NCBI GenBank assembly: GCA_047651235.1
Contig: CP178758.1
Span: 270,001-302,000 of the forward strand
Length of the DNA stretch: 32,000 nt
Reading direction: 5' to 3'
From: Candidatus Electrothrix yaqonensis
GTDB taxonomy: Bacteria; Desulfobacterota; Desulfobulbia; Desulfobulbales; Desulfobulbaceae
Shown: piece after piece, positions 8,054 to 16,270 of the stretch
How the letters are laid out: each line of letters starts with the position of its first letter
Numbering within the stretch: position 1 is the first letter of the stretch
The notes under the pieces: generated by a model
Told to the model about the DNA's origin: nothing
Database searches by the model: none
The model's input: the letters and a program-made list of their open reading frames with translations, nothing else
Position numbers and translations under genes: made by a program

Positions 8054-8311
8054 ATGAGTGATGTAAAAACAGCACCTGACGGATTGGACGTGGCAACAGT
8101 ACTTGACGCAAAAGGTTTGAGCTGCCCTATGCCGCTGCTGCGCACCAAAAAAGAAATCGGCAAGATCGGCAGCGGTCAGATTCTGCAGATCGACGGGACT
8201 GATCCCGGTTCCCGCAACGATATCCCCGGATGGTGTGCCCGCGCCGGTCACGAGTACCTCGGCGAAAAAGAGGAGTCAGGCTATATGAGCTTCTACGTCC
8301 AGAAAGGCTGA
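8054..8311 (+). CDS. tusA: TusA/SirA-family sulfur carrier protein
   Basis: LDAKGLSCPMPLLRTKKEI carries the conserved Cys-Pro-x-Pro motif. The protein is about 85 aa, and GGAGG precedes the ATG. Confidence 0.85.
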   Translation: MSDVKTAPDGLDVATVLDAKGLSCPMPLLRTKKEIGKIGSGQILQIDGTDPGSRNDIPGWCARAGHEYLGEKEESGYMSFYVQKG

Positions 8312-8363
8312 TCCTGATTAACCTTGATTTAAAATGCGTCTCAGACAAGGGAGATAAAAGCCG

Positions 8364-8708
8364 ATGGCTGCTGAGCAGAACAACGATCCGAATAAACTGG
8401 CTATTTTTGTCACATCACCTCAGCATATGACCCATGTAGTGGGTATTGCCGAAGCTGCGGCAAGAGCGAAAAAGAAGCCCATGATTTTCTTTACCTACAA
8501 GTCAATTCACCTGACCAAAGATCCGCGCTTCAAGGCTCTGGCTGAACTGTGCGGTGAAGCAGATATCGCTATCTGCGCTGACAGCTACACCTGCGAAGGA
8601 TATGACAGCGAAAAGGATATTCCGGCAGGACTGACCGCAACGCAGATGAGAACTCAGGCATTCCACGGCGCTCTGCTGGACGAATGCGGCAAGTACATTG
8701 TTTTATAA
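8364..8708 (+). CDS. DsrE-like (DsrE/DsrF fold) sulfur relay protein
   Basis: KLAIFVTSPQH...IFFTYKSIHL...ICADSYTCEG has the layout of small DsrE-fold proteins. It lies directly after tusA. Confidence 0.6.
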   Translation: MAAEQNNDPNKLAIFVTSPQHMTHVVGIAEAAARAKKKPMIFFTYKSIHLTKDPRFKALAELCGEADIAICADSYTCEGYDSEKDIPAGLTATQMRTQAFHGALLDECGKYIVL

Positions 8709-8721
8709 GGAGCGAATCCAG

Positions 8722-9069
8722 ATGGAATCATTAAAAGTATATATTCTGATTGCCAATCGTACCTATAACGACGGCATTCGTTCCGCCCTCGGACTTGCTG
8801 TGGAAAATCACTACGGTTACCCGGTGGTCATGAATGGGGAGTTCCCGAAAATGAGCGAGTACATGGCCGAAAATATGGCCTGGATCGCTGACATGGAAGG
8901 CGAGGTGCTCAGCTGCGGTGCTGAGGCGCCGACTGACCTGCCTGAAGGGGTCGAGATGAGCAATATCGATCTGGAGGCACTGGGTGAGAGAATGCGCGAG
9001 GCGGATGTCATTATTCCGTACGGCCTGCCCAAACAGACAAAAGAGCCGCCGCCCGCATGTGCGGAATAG
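8722..9069 (+). CDS. second DsrE/DsrF-fold-like protein (conserved hypothetical)
   Basis: Internal ATG of track ORF 8698..9069, preceded by AAGGAG. MESLKVYILIANRTYNDGIRSALGLA resembles DsrE/F N-termini. Confidence 0.45.
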   Translation: MESLKVYILIANRTYNDGIRSALGLAVENHYGYPVVMNGEFPKMSEYMAENMAWIADMEGEVLSCGAEAPTDLPEGVEMSNIDLEALGERMREADVIIPYGLPKQTKEPPPACAE

Positions 9070-9087
9070 GACAAGGAGGAATGTGCG

Positions 9088-9261
9088 ATGAAAATATTAC
9101 AGGTATATCGTTCCGAACCGAACGATGATGTAAACACACTGGTCGGAATTCTCAACCGTGACCGTGATGCAGATGAGTTCAGACTTTATGAAGAAAATCC
9201 GGATTATGATCTGCTGGTCAGCAAGATTTTTGATGCGGACAAGACAGTCTGCTGGTGGTAA
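9088..9261 (+). CDS. 57-aa ORF, possible minimal DsrH/TusB-like protein (below the ORF-track length cutoff)
   Basis: AAGGAGGA lies 7 nt upstream of the ATG. The translation is MKILQVYRSEPNDDVNTLVGILNRDRDADEFRLYEENPDYDLLVSKIFDADKTVCWW. It is the last gene before the operon terminator. Confidence 0.4.
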   Translation: MKILQVYRSEPNDDVNTLVGILNRDRDADEFRLYEENPDYDLLVSKIFDADKTVCWW

Positions 9262-9263
9262 TT

Positions 9264-9289
9264 CTGCTGTACGCTGCTGCTGTACGCTG
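9264..9289 (+). repeat. 13-nt perfect tandem duplication (CTGCTGTACGCTG x2)
   Basis: Read directly from the sequence, starting 3 nt after the stop of the 57-aa ORF. Confidence 0.7.
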
Positions 9290-9350
9290 CATAAGGGTGT
9301 AAAATGTGTATGCAAGCACGCGAAGCTACAGCCTTATACAGTACGGTACG

Positions 9351-9387
9351 GCCCGTGGTCATTTTGATCACGGGCTTTCTTTGTTTT
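9351..9387 (+). terminator. rho-independent terminator of the tusA-dsrE-like operon
   Basis: GCCCGTGGTC-atttt-GATCACGGGC (10-bp stem including one G.U pair) is followed by tttctttgtttt. Confidence 0.6.
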
Positions 9388-9758
9388 CCGCATAAGCAGG
9401 CTCTGTCTCCGCTGACATTTTGCGGCATTCCGTGACCTGTTTTGCCTTTGTTCCGGGCCGTTCTCACCGGTTGCACACATTCAGGCAGCACGTGTTTTTA
9501 CTGATCAGCCAGCAGATGTTCTCTCTGGTTCCCTTTGGATTTTCCCTTGTTTCCTGCACATGGACAGGATATAATTTTTTATACTGTCTCGCCGGGATAC
9601 TTGAGAAATATTACCGGCACATTTTCTGCAGAAAGAAGAGTAGTCCTTTTCATGTTTTTATCCGGATAAAGAAGGATGATACTGCGGATGCACGACAAAA
9701 GAATATATTTTCCCCCTGCATTCCGACAAGATAACAAAGTTTATGCCACCCTGATGAT

Positions 9759-12140
9759 ATGGCCGCAGAAAAAGAACAGCTTGCAAAGGATTTCGAAGAA
9801 GTGCAAGGTCTACTTGCGCAGTACCCGGATATCAATGTGCTGCAGACCGAGGGCGAGCCGCCAGGCAACTATGATATTGAATATCATGTCAAAGGATTTG
9901 TTCGGGATGCCGATGGAAATGTCCGTCAGGCATCACAGCACTTGCTACGCATTAACCTCCCCTTCGGGTATCCTCATTTCCCTCCTATCGTTAAACCGCT
10001 GACCCCGCTTTTTCATCCGGATATTGATCCGGATGCCGTCCGTATCACCTCGTACTGGCAGCAAAACCCGTCACTTGCCCGACTCATTCTCCATCTCGGA
10101 GAAATGATCTGCGGCAAAGAATATAATACTGAAGAACCATTTAACCAGCGGGCAGCTGACTGGTATATTGAACATGCTGCGGATCTTCCTCTGGATGAAA
10201 TACGGAAAAGGGAGGCAGGAGCAGCTGATGAAGAGGTTGGTCTCTCTCTGGAAATGGACAGCGATGGACACAGCAACGGACTCGATTCCCTAGCAATGGA
10301 GATTGATACGCCGCAGGAAGACGCGCCGACACCGGCGCAGTTGGACGAAGTCCGGGCACATATTGACAGAAACGAGGTGGTGACTGCCGGTAAATTACTG
10401 GCCGACCTGCCAGCGTCATCCCCGGAAGTGCAGAATCTGCAGGAGATTGTGAGCTCGGCGCTTAATGAACGGGACAGGCTGATCAGGGAACTGGAAGAAC
10501 TGGAAGACGAAGACCGGTTTACAGATGCCTATGAATTATTTGAAAAAGTACAGGAGATTGCGCCGGATACACCGGCCCTGTCAGATATAGGGCATCGCCT
10601 GCGGCAGTCTCAGGCCATGCTGGAGACATTTTCTTTGTCTTCCGGCTCTGAAGAAGACTCTGCGGAGCAACCGGCAGACCAGGAACAATCTGCACCGGCT
10701 TCCAAAAAGAAAACAAAAAAACAGCAACAAAAGTCAGTCAACCAGGGAGAGGAGAAAAAATACAGGACAAAACCTCCTGTCCGGACAAGAATCAGGCAGA
10801 AGGCCCAGATAAAAGTGCCGGTCAAACCGGTATTGGTGGCGCTTGCATTGCTGGCATTGATCTGCGGCGCTGTTTTCCTGCACACAAAAGACATGAATAC
10901 CCTCATGAAAGCACAGCGTGACTGGATAGAGGTTAAATATCAGCGCTGTCAGACGAAGGAGCAGTTTAGGGAGAAGAGAATAAAAGCGGAAAAAATTCTG
11001 GTCGGTCTCAAATCCATTATCACGCCCGGTATCGGAAAAAAAGAGCTGCAGCAGGAGATTCTTGACCAGCTTAATTCCCCTGAGTTTAAAGCCGGAGAGA
11101 GCGGCCAAGCTGAAGCGGCCGAACTGCAGAAAAAGGTTGAGTCGCTAATAGAGGAGGCAAAGGCTCTTGCTGAGAAGGACCAGTTTGCAGAGGCTGCCTC
11201 CACGTGTAATGAGGCGCTTTCCCTGGCTGAAGAAAGGAAGCTGGAACAGTATGTTGTAAAAATAAAACAGCTCTTGGAACAGATACAGGAGCTGCGAAAT
11301 CAGGAGAGTGCACAAAGAGAGCAGGAACAGGTCGGGAAAAGCGGCAGAGAGGCCGCTGAGTTTTTCCGGCAGCTGGACAAGGAAGACAGTGCTGCTGATG
11401 CGTCAAACAAGCGGGTCGCTGCAGCCCGGTGGCAGGAGGCCGCTGACCAGCTACAACGCGCTTTGGAGCTGCTGGATGCCCATCCTGAGATCAGCCTGCC
11501 TGACAGACGGCGTGAACTGCAGCATATGCTGGCTTATTCTATTCTGTATCAGCAGCTTGCCCATGCCCGGCAGGTTTATTACACAGGGGATTTCAAAGAA
11601 GCAATCAATGATTACCGGAAAGCGCTGGTGCTGCTTGATGAGCAGCAGGCGGGTTTCTCCTCGATCTATAATAATGCGGTTGCCAGTATTCGTCAGGCGA
11701 TTATCATGCTGGAAATCAGCATTGAACTCAGATCTGCTATTGAAGCAGAGAGCCGGGATGATCTGAAGAAGTCCCTGGCAAAGTATAAGGGGATTTTGAA
11801 AATTATTTCTTCCTCCAGAGTTGCGAAAGATGATAATCTGATCGGAATCAAAAAATATATCCGCAAAAAAATTAAAGAGCAGAGCCTGAAGGAAGCCAAG
11901 AACAGCACCCAGGAATGGCTGAAGAAAAACTACGAGGCCATTTTTAGAAGGGCCTACCCTTCAACAAAATCTTCCGAGTTGAGCCGTCCGCAGATTACCT
12001 TTATCAGAGTGATGAACGGACATCTTCTCTATACGATAAGCTGCGCAGAGCGGAAACGGGGCAGCGTCTATCAGCTTGAGCTGAATTATCAGTATAATCC
12101 GGCGACAGGCGGATGGAGCCGCTATCAGGGCGAGTTATGA
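9759..12140 (+). CDS. membrane-anchored protein with an N-terminal UBC/E2-like (Cys-less, UEV-type) domain, a single TM helix and a long helical/TPR-like C-terminal region
   Basis: LLRINLPFGYPHFPPIVKPLTPLFHPDIDPDAVRITSYWQQNPSLARLILHLGEMI...PFNQRAADWY follows the UBC core pattern. The TM helix is VKPVLVALALLALICGAVFL, preceded by a K/R-rich stretch. Confidence 0.65.
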   Translation: MAAEKEQLAKDFEEVQGLLAQYPDINVLQTEGEPPGNYDIEYHVKGFVRDADGNVRQASQHLLRINLPFGYPHFPPIVKPLTPLFHPDIDPDAVRITSYWQQNPSLARLILHLGEMICGKEYNTEEPFNQRAADWYIEHAADLPLDEIRKREAGAADEEVGLSLEMDSDGHSNGLDSLAMEIDTPQEDAPTPAQLDEVRAHIDRNEVVTAGKLLADLPASSPEVQNLQEIVSSALNERDRLIRELEELEDEDRFTDAYELFEKVQEIAPDTPALSDIGHRLRQSQAMLETFSLSSGSEEDSAEQPADQEQSAPASKKKTKKQQQKSVNQGEEKKYRTKPPVRTRIRQKAQIKVPVKPVLVALALLALICGAVFLHTKDMNTLMKAQRDWIEVKYQRCQTKEQFREKRIKAEKILVGLKSIITPGIGKKELQQEILDQLNSPEFKAGESGQAEAAELQKKVESLIEEAKALAEKDQFAEAASTCNEALSLAEERKLEQYVVKIKQLLEQIQELRNQESAQREQEQVGKSGREAAEFFRQLDKEDSAADASNKRVAAARWQEAADQLQRALELLDAHPEISLPDRRRELQHMLAYSILYQQLAHARQVYYTGDFKEAINDYRKALVLLDEQQAGFSSIYNNAVASIRQAIIMLEISIELRSAIEAESRDDLKKSLAKYKGILKIISSSRVAKDDNLIGIKKYIRKKIKEQSLKEAKNSTQEWLKKNYEAIFRRAYPSTKSSELSRPQITFIRVMNGHLLYTISCAERKRGSVYQLELNYQYNPATGGWSRYQGEL

Positions 12141-12159
12141 GGTATGGTTATGAATGGGA

Positions 12160-12420
12160 TTATGAGTGATGGTGACCGGCATGATGATGTCCATGATCTT
12201 GATGCTTGTGATCGGCAAGAGGACCGCCTGCCTTCTGCAGAGCTTCTTCGAGGCTGTTCTGTGCCTCCTGCAGGGAATGCACGGCCTTGTGCAGCAGGGC
12301 TGCGGTCTCCGGGGCATCGCTGGCCAGTTTTTCCGCCCATTGGGAAAATTCCCGGGCGTGTCCCTGGTTATGTTCTATCCAGTGGGGCAGCATAACACGT
12401 AATTTATCAATATCATTCAT
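12160..12420 (-). CDS. histidine-rich putative metal-binding protein
   Basis: The C-terminus is DHKHQDHGHHHAGHHHS, and the N-terminal part contains HWIEHNQGHAREF. It lies 31 nt downstream of cooT on the same strand. Confidence 0.65.
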   Translation of the reverse strand: MNDIDKLRVMLPHWIEHNQGHAREFSQWAEKLASDAPETAALLHKAVHSLQEAQNSLEEALQKAGGPLADHKHQDHGHHHAGHHHS

Positions 12421-12451
12421 CGTTCAGAGTCCTTCATATTCAGGTTGTTGT

Positions 12452-12658
12452 TCAACGGCTGCCAGCATTATCGCGGGTCAGTACTACGGAACCACCCAGA
12501 AAGTCAATGCTTCTGATGTGTGCGTCACTGATGGTCATGGGTTCTTCAAAATAGGTACGGAGGATAATTCCTTTGTCTGTAACCTCCAGACCGGTAACTG
12601 CCTCCATAACAGTTTCCTGCTTTCCTTCCTGCTCCACCACTACGTTTAACTGACACAT
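12452..12658 (-). CDS. cooT: CooT-family nickel-binding protein
   Basis: 68 aa, starting Met-Cys (MCQLNVVV...) with the ...VMEAV...IILRTYFEEP...IRSIDF... pattern of CooT. AGGAGA SD is present. Confidence 0.65.
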   Translation of the reverse strand: MCQLNVVVEQEGKQETVMEAVTGLEVTDKGIILRTYFEEPMTISDAHIRSIDFLGGSVVLTRDNAGSR

Positions 12659-12880
12659 ATTCTCTCCTGATCATTACTTTCGGATGACGGCAGTGCAGCT
12701 TCATAATACCTGCAGTCCTCTCCGCTGTCAATCCTCTGACCTTTCCGGATTATAGGTGCAGGCAGCACCAAGGGCGGTTAATTTGTACGTGAGATCGGTA
12801 TATGAGGGAAAATTCCTTCCCCAAAGCATACGCCAGCTGGATTTTAATATTGTCTGTACGCCGGAATCCCGTTATAGTGC

Positions 12881-12908
12881 TTGCTTTGCCTATAAAAATC
12901 AATATATT
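12881..12908 (+). promoter_or_regulatory. possible sigma70-like promoter for serA (TTGCTT - 16 nt - TATATT)
   Basis: Hexamers read directly from the sequence, about 45 nt upstream of the serA ATG. Confidence 0.25.
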
Positions 12909-12952
12909 TTGTGTCTGAATATTTCAACGAAGCAGGAGTATCAGGGGGAAAA

Positions 12953-14551
12953 ATGAAAGTACTTATCAGTGACAACCTTGCGCCCGTTGGTGAAGAAATT
13001 CTGAAAAAAGCCGGGCTTGAGGTAGATGTAAAAACCGGCCTGCCGCCGGAAGAACTCAGGGCAATTATCCCTGATTACGACGGGCTGGTAATCCGCAGCG
13101 CCACCAAGGTGCGCAAGGATATCATTGAGGCGGCCACGAAACTCAAGGTGGTCGGGCGGGCCGGTATCGGGCTGGACAACGTGGATATTCCCGCAGCCAG
13201 TGAAAAGGGCGTCGTGGTGATGAATGCGCCGGACGGCAACGCAACCACAGCTGCTGAACATGCCGTTGCCATGATGATGTCCCTGGCCAGGAATATTCCC
13301 CAAGCCACAGCGTCCATGAAAGCAGGCAAGTGGGAGAAAAAGAGCTTCATGGGCCGTGAGGTCACCGGAAAAATCCTGGGTATTGTGGGGATCGGCAGGA
13401 TCGGCTCCATTGTTGCCAGCCGGGCCCAGGGCCTGCGGATGAAGGTGATTGCCTATGACCCGTTTATGCCGGACGATCTGGTGAAAAAACTCGGCATCGA
13501 GCGGGTTGAGCTTTTGGAGCTGGCTGAACGGGCAGATTTTATTTCCGTGCATACGCCGTTGACCAAGGATACCAAGCATCTGCTGTCCACGGACTTTTTT
13601 GCCGCCATGAAAGAAGGGGCTATGTTCATCGACTGCGCCCGCGGTGGTGTGCTGGATGAAGAAGCCCTGTATGCGGCCCTGCAGGAGGGCAGAATTGCCG
13701 GAGCAGCTCTGGACGTTTTTGAGAAGGAGCCGACAACCCTGGAAGGTACGCCGCTGCTCGGACTGAACAACTTCATCTGCACGCCGCATCTCGGTGCCTC
13801 CACCTCTGAAGCCCAGGAGAACGTGGCTGTGGCCATTGCCGAACAAATGGCGGATTATCTGCTCAAAGGGGCAGTCCGTAATGCGGTGAATGTCCCCTCG
13901 GTCAGTGATGATGTGCTGGCCAAGATCGGGCCGTACATTACCTTGGGCGAGATGCTCGGCTGCCTGCACATGCAGATTTCCAAGGGCGGCGTTCAGGAAG
14001 TTGTCCTGGAATACAGCGGCGATCTTTCCGAACAGGACACCAATCCGGTAACGGTCGCTTTTCTCAAGGGGCTGTTCACGCCGATTCTGCAGGATGCGGT
14101 GAATTTTGTCAATGCGCCGCTGATTGCTGAAGAACGGGGCATTCAGGTTGTTGAATCCAAGACTAGCCGGAATGCGGATTTCACCAATCTGGTGCGGATC
14201 ACGGTCAAAACCACGGAAGGAAAAAACATGCTGGCCGGTACCGTGTTCGGCACCAAAGAACCGCGCCTGGTGCGCTTCAACTCCTTCCGGCTTGAAGCCC
14301 TGCCTGCCGGTCCGATGCTTCTGGTCTACAATAAAAACATTCCCGGCGTGATCGGTGCACTGGGAACATCTCTCGGAATGGGGGGGGTGAATATTTCCAG
14401 CATGGTGGTGGGGCAGGAAGAAAGCGGCAGCCGGAACATCATCCTGATCAACACGGATCAGCTAGTCTCCAGAGAGTTGCTGGGTAAGGTGATGGAGCTG
14501 GAGCATATAGATGATGCAATGGCTCTGGAGCTGCCCGCATACACCGGCTGA
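12953..14551 (+). CDS. serA: D-3-phosphoglycerate dehydrogenase, long form with C-terminal ASB/ACT regulatory domains
   Basis: MKVLISDNL..., the GIVGIGRIGS NAD-binding loop, catalytic ...CARGG... and ...TPHLGAST.... The length is about 530 aa. The start was refined from the track GTG at 12911 to the ATG at 12953. Confidence 0.9.
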   Translation: MKVLISDNLAPVGEEILKKAGLEVDVKTGLPPEELRAIIPDYDGLVIRSATKVRKDIIEAATKLKVVGRAGIGLDNVDIPAASEKGVVVMNAPDGNATTAAEHAVAMMMSLARNIPQATASMKAGKWEKKSFMGREVTGKILGIVGIGRIGSIVASRAQGLRMKVIAYDPFMPDDLVKKLGIERVELLELAERADFISVHTPLTKDTKHLLSTDFFAAMKEGAMFIDCARGGVLDEEALYAALQEGRIAGAALDVFEKEPTTLEGTPLLGLNNFICTPHLGASTSEAQENVAVAIAEQMADYLLKGAVRNAVNVPSVSDDVLAKIGPYITLGEMLGCLHMQISKGGVQEVVLEYSGDLSEQDTNPVTVAFLKGLFTPILQDAVNFVNAPLIAEERGIQVVESKTSRNADFTNLVRITVKTTEGKNMLAGTVFGTKEPRLVRFNSFRLEALPAGPMLLVYNKNIPGVIGALGTSLGMGGVNISSMVVGQEESGSRNIILINTDQLVSRELLGKVMELEHIDDAMALELPAYTG

Positions 14552-14627
14552 ACAGGAAAACCGGAAACAGAGAAAAGGGGGAATCCCCGATCCTGATAAA
14601 CCTCAACCCTGAACCCTGTACAACGTA

Positions 14628-14945
14628 ATGAGTGAACGGAAAAAAGATTGCGAATGTCCCAAAGGAAGGGGGAAGAGCAGGAACGGGGACTGCGTTATGC
14701 CGGCAGTTTCCTTTATCTCCTTTATCCTCTCCCTGAACACCACGGCCCTGTTTCATCTCGGCGAACTGCCCCACCCTGAAACCGGACAGAAAACCATAGA
14801 CCTTGAACTCACCCGCCATACCATCGATACTCTGGTGATGCTGGAAAAAAAGACTGCCGGGAACCTGGAAAAAGAAGAACAGGAGTTGCTGGACAAGGTG
14901 CTGTATGAACTGCAGATGCGCTTTATCCGGGCAAAGAAGGATTAG
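14628..14945 (+). CDS. DUF1844-family protein
   Basis: FISFILSLNTTALFHLGELPHPETGQKTIDLELTRHTIDTLVMLEKKTAGNL matches the DUF1844 signature as I recall it. Confidence 0.65.
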   Translation: MSERKKDCECPKGRGKSRNGDCVMPAVSFISFILSLNTTALFHLGELPHPETGQKTIDLELTRHTIDTLVMLEKKTAGNLEKEEQELLDKVLYELQMRFIRAKKD

Positions 14946-15009
14946 GTGGCCACTCAGGGCTGTTCAATTGTAGAAAAACTTGTATCTTCAACAGTTATAC
15001 AGGAATGGA

Positions 15010-15140
15010 AATCTAATAACTGTGGGAAATGATAATCCCGGTCAGGCAGTTGAAAAAGGTGATTTTTCCTGCCCCGTTCGGGACCGATCAGGGCGGCGAT
15101 TTCCCCCTGCCGAACCCGGATATCCAGTTTATACTGCTCC
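15010..15140 (-). pseudogene. fragment of a LivG/LivF-type ABC transporter ATPase (Walker A region only, frameshifted)
   Basis: The minus strand reads ...LDIRVRQGEIAALIG, then after a 1-nt shift PNGAGKITFFNCLTGII. It is truncated on both sides and abuts the IS982 remnant. Coordinates are approximate. Confidence 0.45.
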
Positions 15141-15689
15141 AGCTATATCAGCCTCATTCGCGGCTGTAATTCCGATGTAATCAGGCAGAGGAAGCCGGCC
15201 GTTTCTTCTGACGGCGAGAATGTGGAGCTTGAGGCCGTAATAATACGTTTTCTTTGTTGAATTATATCCTTTGGCGGCGATTTCACGGGCGACTTTCGCG
15301 TTGCCGCTGCGTTGAGCCTTCGCGATCATAATCGGCATGGAGTCGATCAGCCGAATCAATTCCGATCCGTTCGGCAACGTAAAATCATTCTGTATCCGGG
15401 GAAGCAGATGAGAAAAAACGGAACTCAGGCGGTTCAGCCGCTGAATATATGTCGCATATGCCGGTATATCCGGAAACCATTCGATCAAGTGGTTCCGGGC
15501 ATATTTATGAGCGTCTTTTACTTTTCTGTATCCGTTCATAATCCCCCATAAATAAACAGTTATCAGCTCGGGATCACTGAACTTCGGACTGCTGTTACTG
15601 CTCATTATTTCGGAATATATAAAGAGTTCGGAGTCGTAATGCTTGGTTACATACAAAAACAGTGCTATAAGTATTTCCTGCCAATCCAT
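15129..15689 (-). pseudogene. IS982-family transposase, C-terminally truncated
   Basis: DSMPIMIAKAQRSGNAKVAREIAAKGYNSTKKTYYYGLKLHILAV...ITAANEADI matches the IS982 N-terminal and central region. The ORF stops about 100 aa short of full length, at the junction with the ABC fragment. Confidence 0.65.
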
Positions 15690-15867
15690 CTTGTTCTCCT
15701 GCGGTCAATGTCGGTAAAGGTGGTGCTTCACCGGCATATAGCAGTTTCAATTTGAGTGACAATCAATATTTGACTTTATAGCCATCTATAATCAATAGGT
15801 TATTAACCTGCAATTGATACTCATTCAAGCTGAAATCGCTATATTCTACAGGAAGGATGGATTGGCT

Positions 15868-16131
15868 TTAACCCCTAATTCGCATTACCAAGATATGTAT
15901 ATGATTAGATCTTATAGTACCGCTGATTATATTCATTTTGTTCTGAGCGCATATCTCCATTATTATTTCACGAAGACGCAGAGCGATATCATCTTGCAGC
16001 ACATGATGACCGTATTTCGTCTTCCACACAAAATGATATTTGAAATCTGCAACAGTATGAGAACCACGTCTGTATCTCTCTTTGTCCATCAGCTTTCTCC
16101 CAGTTGTTATTCCTGAGAACTTATTGTACAC
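15868..16131 (-). pseudogene. IS200/IS605-family TnpA (Y1/HUH transposase), truncated just after the HUH motif
   Basis: YHFVWKTKYGHHVL and NHIHILV (HUH) are present. The C-terminal half carrying the catalytic Tyr is missing. The likely true start is MDKERY at about 16089. Confidence 0.7.
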
Positions 16132-16241
16132 CCGGAGGAAAATCGGCTAAAGACATTTCCGCCTGAAAGCGAAGGTTTATACCCTGCCCCGTGGAAATAA
16201 GCAGATTCTGCCGGTTGAATATTCTTTCTTCCTGAACACAG

Positions 16242-16270
16242 GGCGGGGCCGTAAGGCTCCGCCTTTTTTA
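16242..16270 (+). terminator. GC-rich imperfect hairpin plus T-run (terminator-like; alternatively the IS200-type subterminal hairpin)
   Basis: GGCGGGGCC-gtaa-GGCTCCGCC (9-bp stem with one G.T) is followed by tttttta. Confidence 0.4.

Noticed and set aside
12941-13969. 342-aa ORF antisense to serA. Similar long antisense or overlapping ORFs are 16453..17466 opposite ldcA, 19339..20022 and 19305..19811 opposite the lipoprotein gene, and 6844..7377 and 6965..7528 within yeeE.
   Set aside because: The sense-strand genes have unmistakable family motifs. The antisense translations are Arg/Gly/Pro/His-rich and low-complexity, which is typical of stop-codon-poor shadow frames in GC-rich coding DNA.
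14380-14387. G8 homopolymer inside serA, as a possible phase-variation tract.
   Set aside because: It encodes in-frame Met-Gly-Gly in a housekeeping gene, and no evidence of a shifted frame or alternative product was seen. It is more likely a sequencing-error-prone site than a contingency locus.
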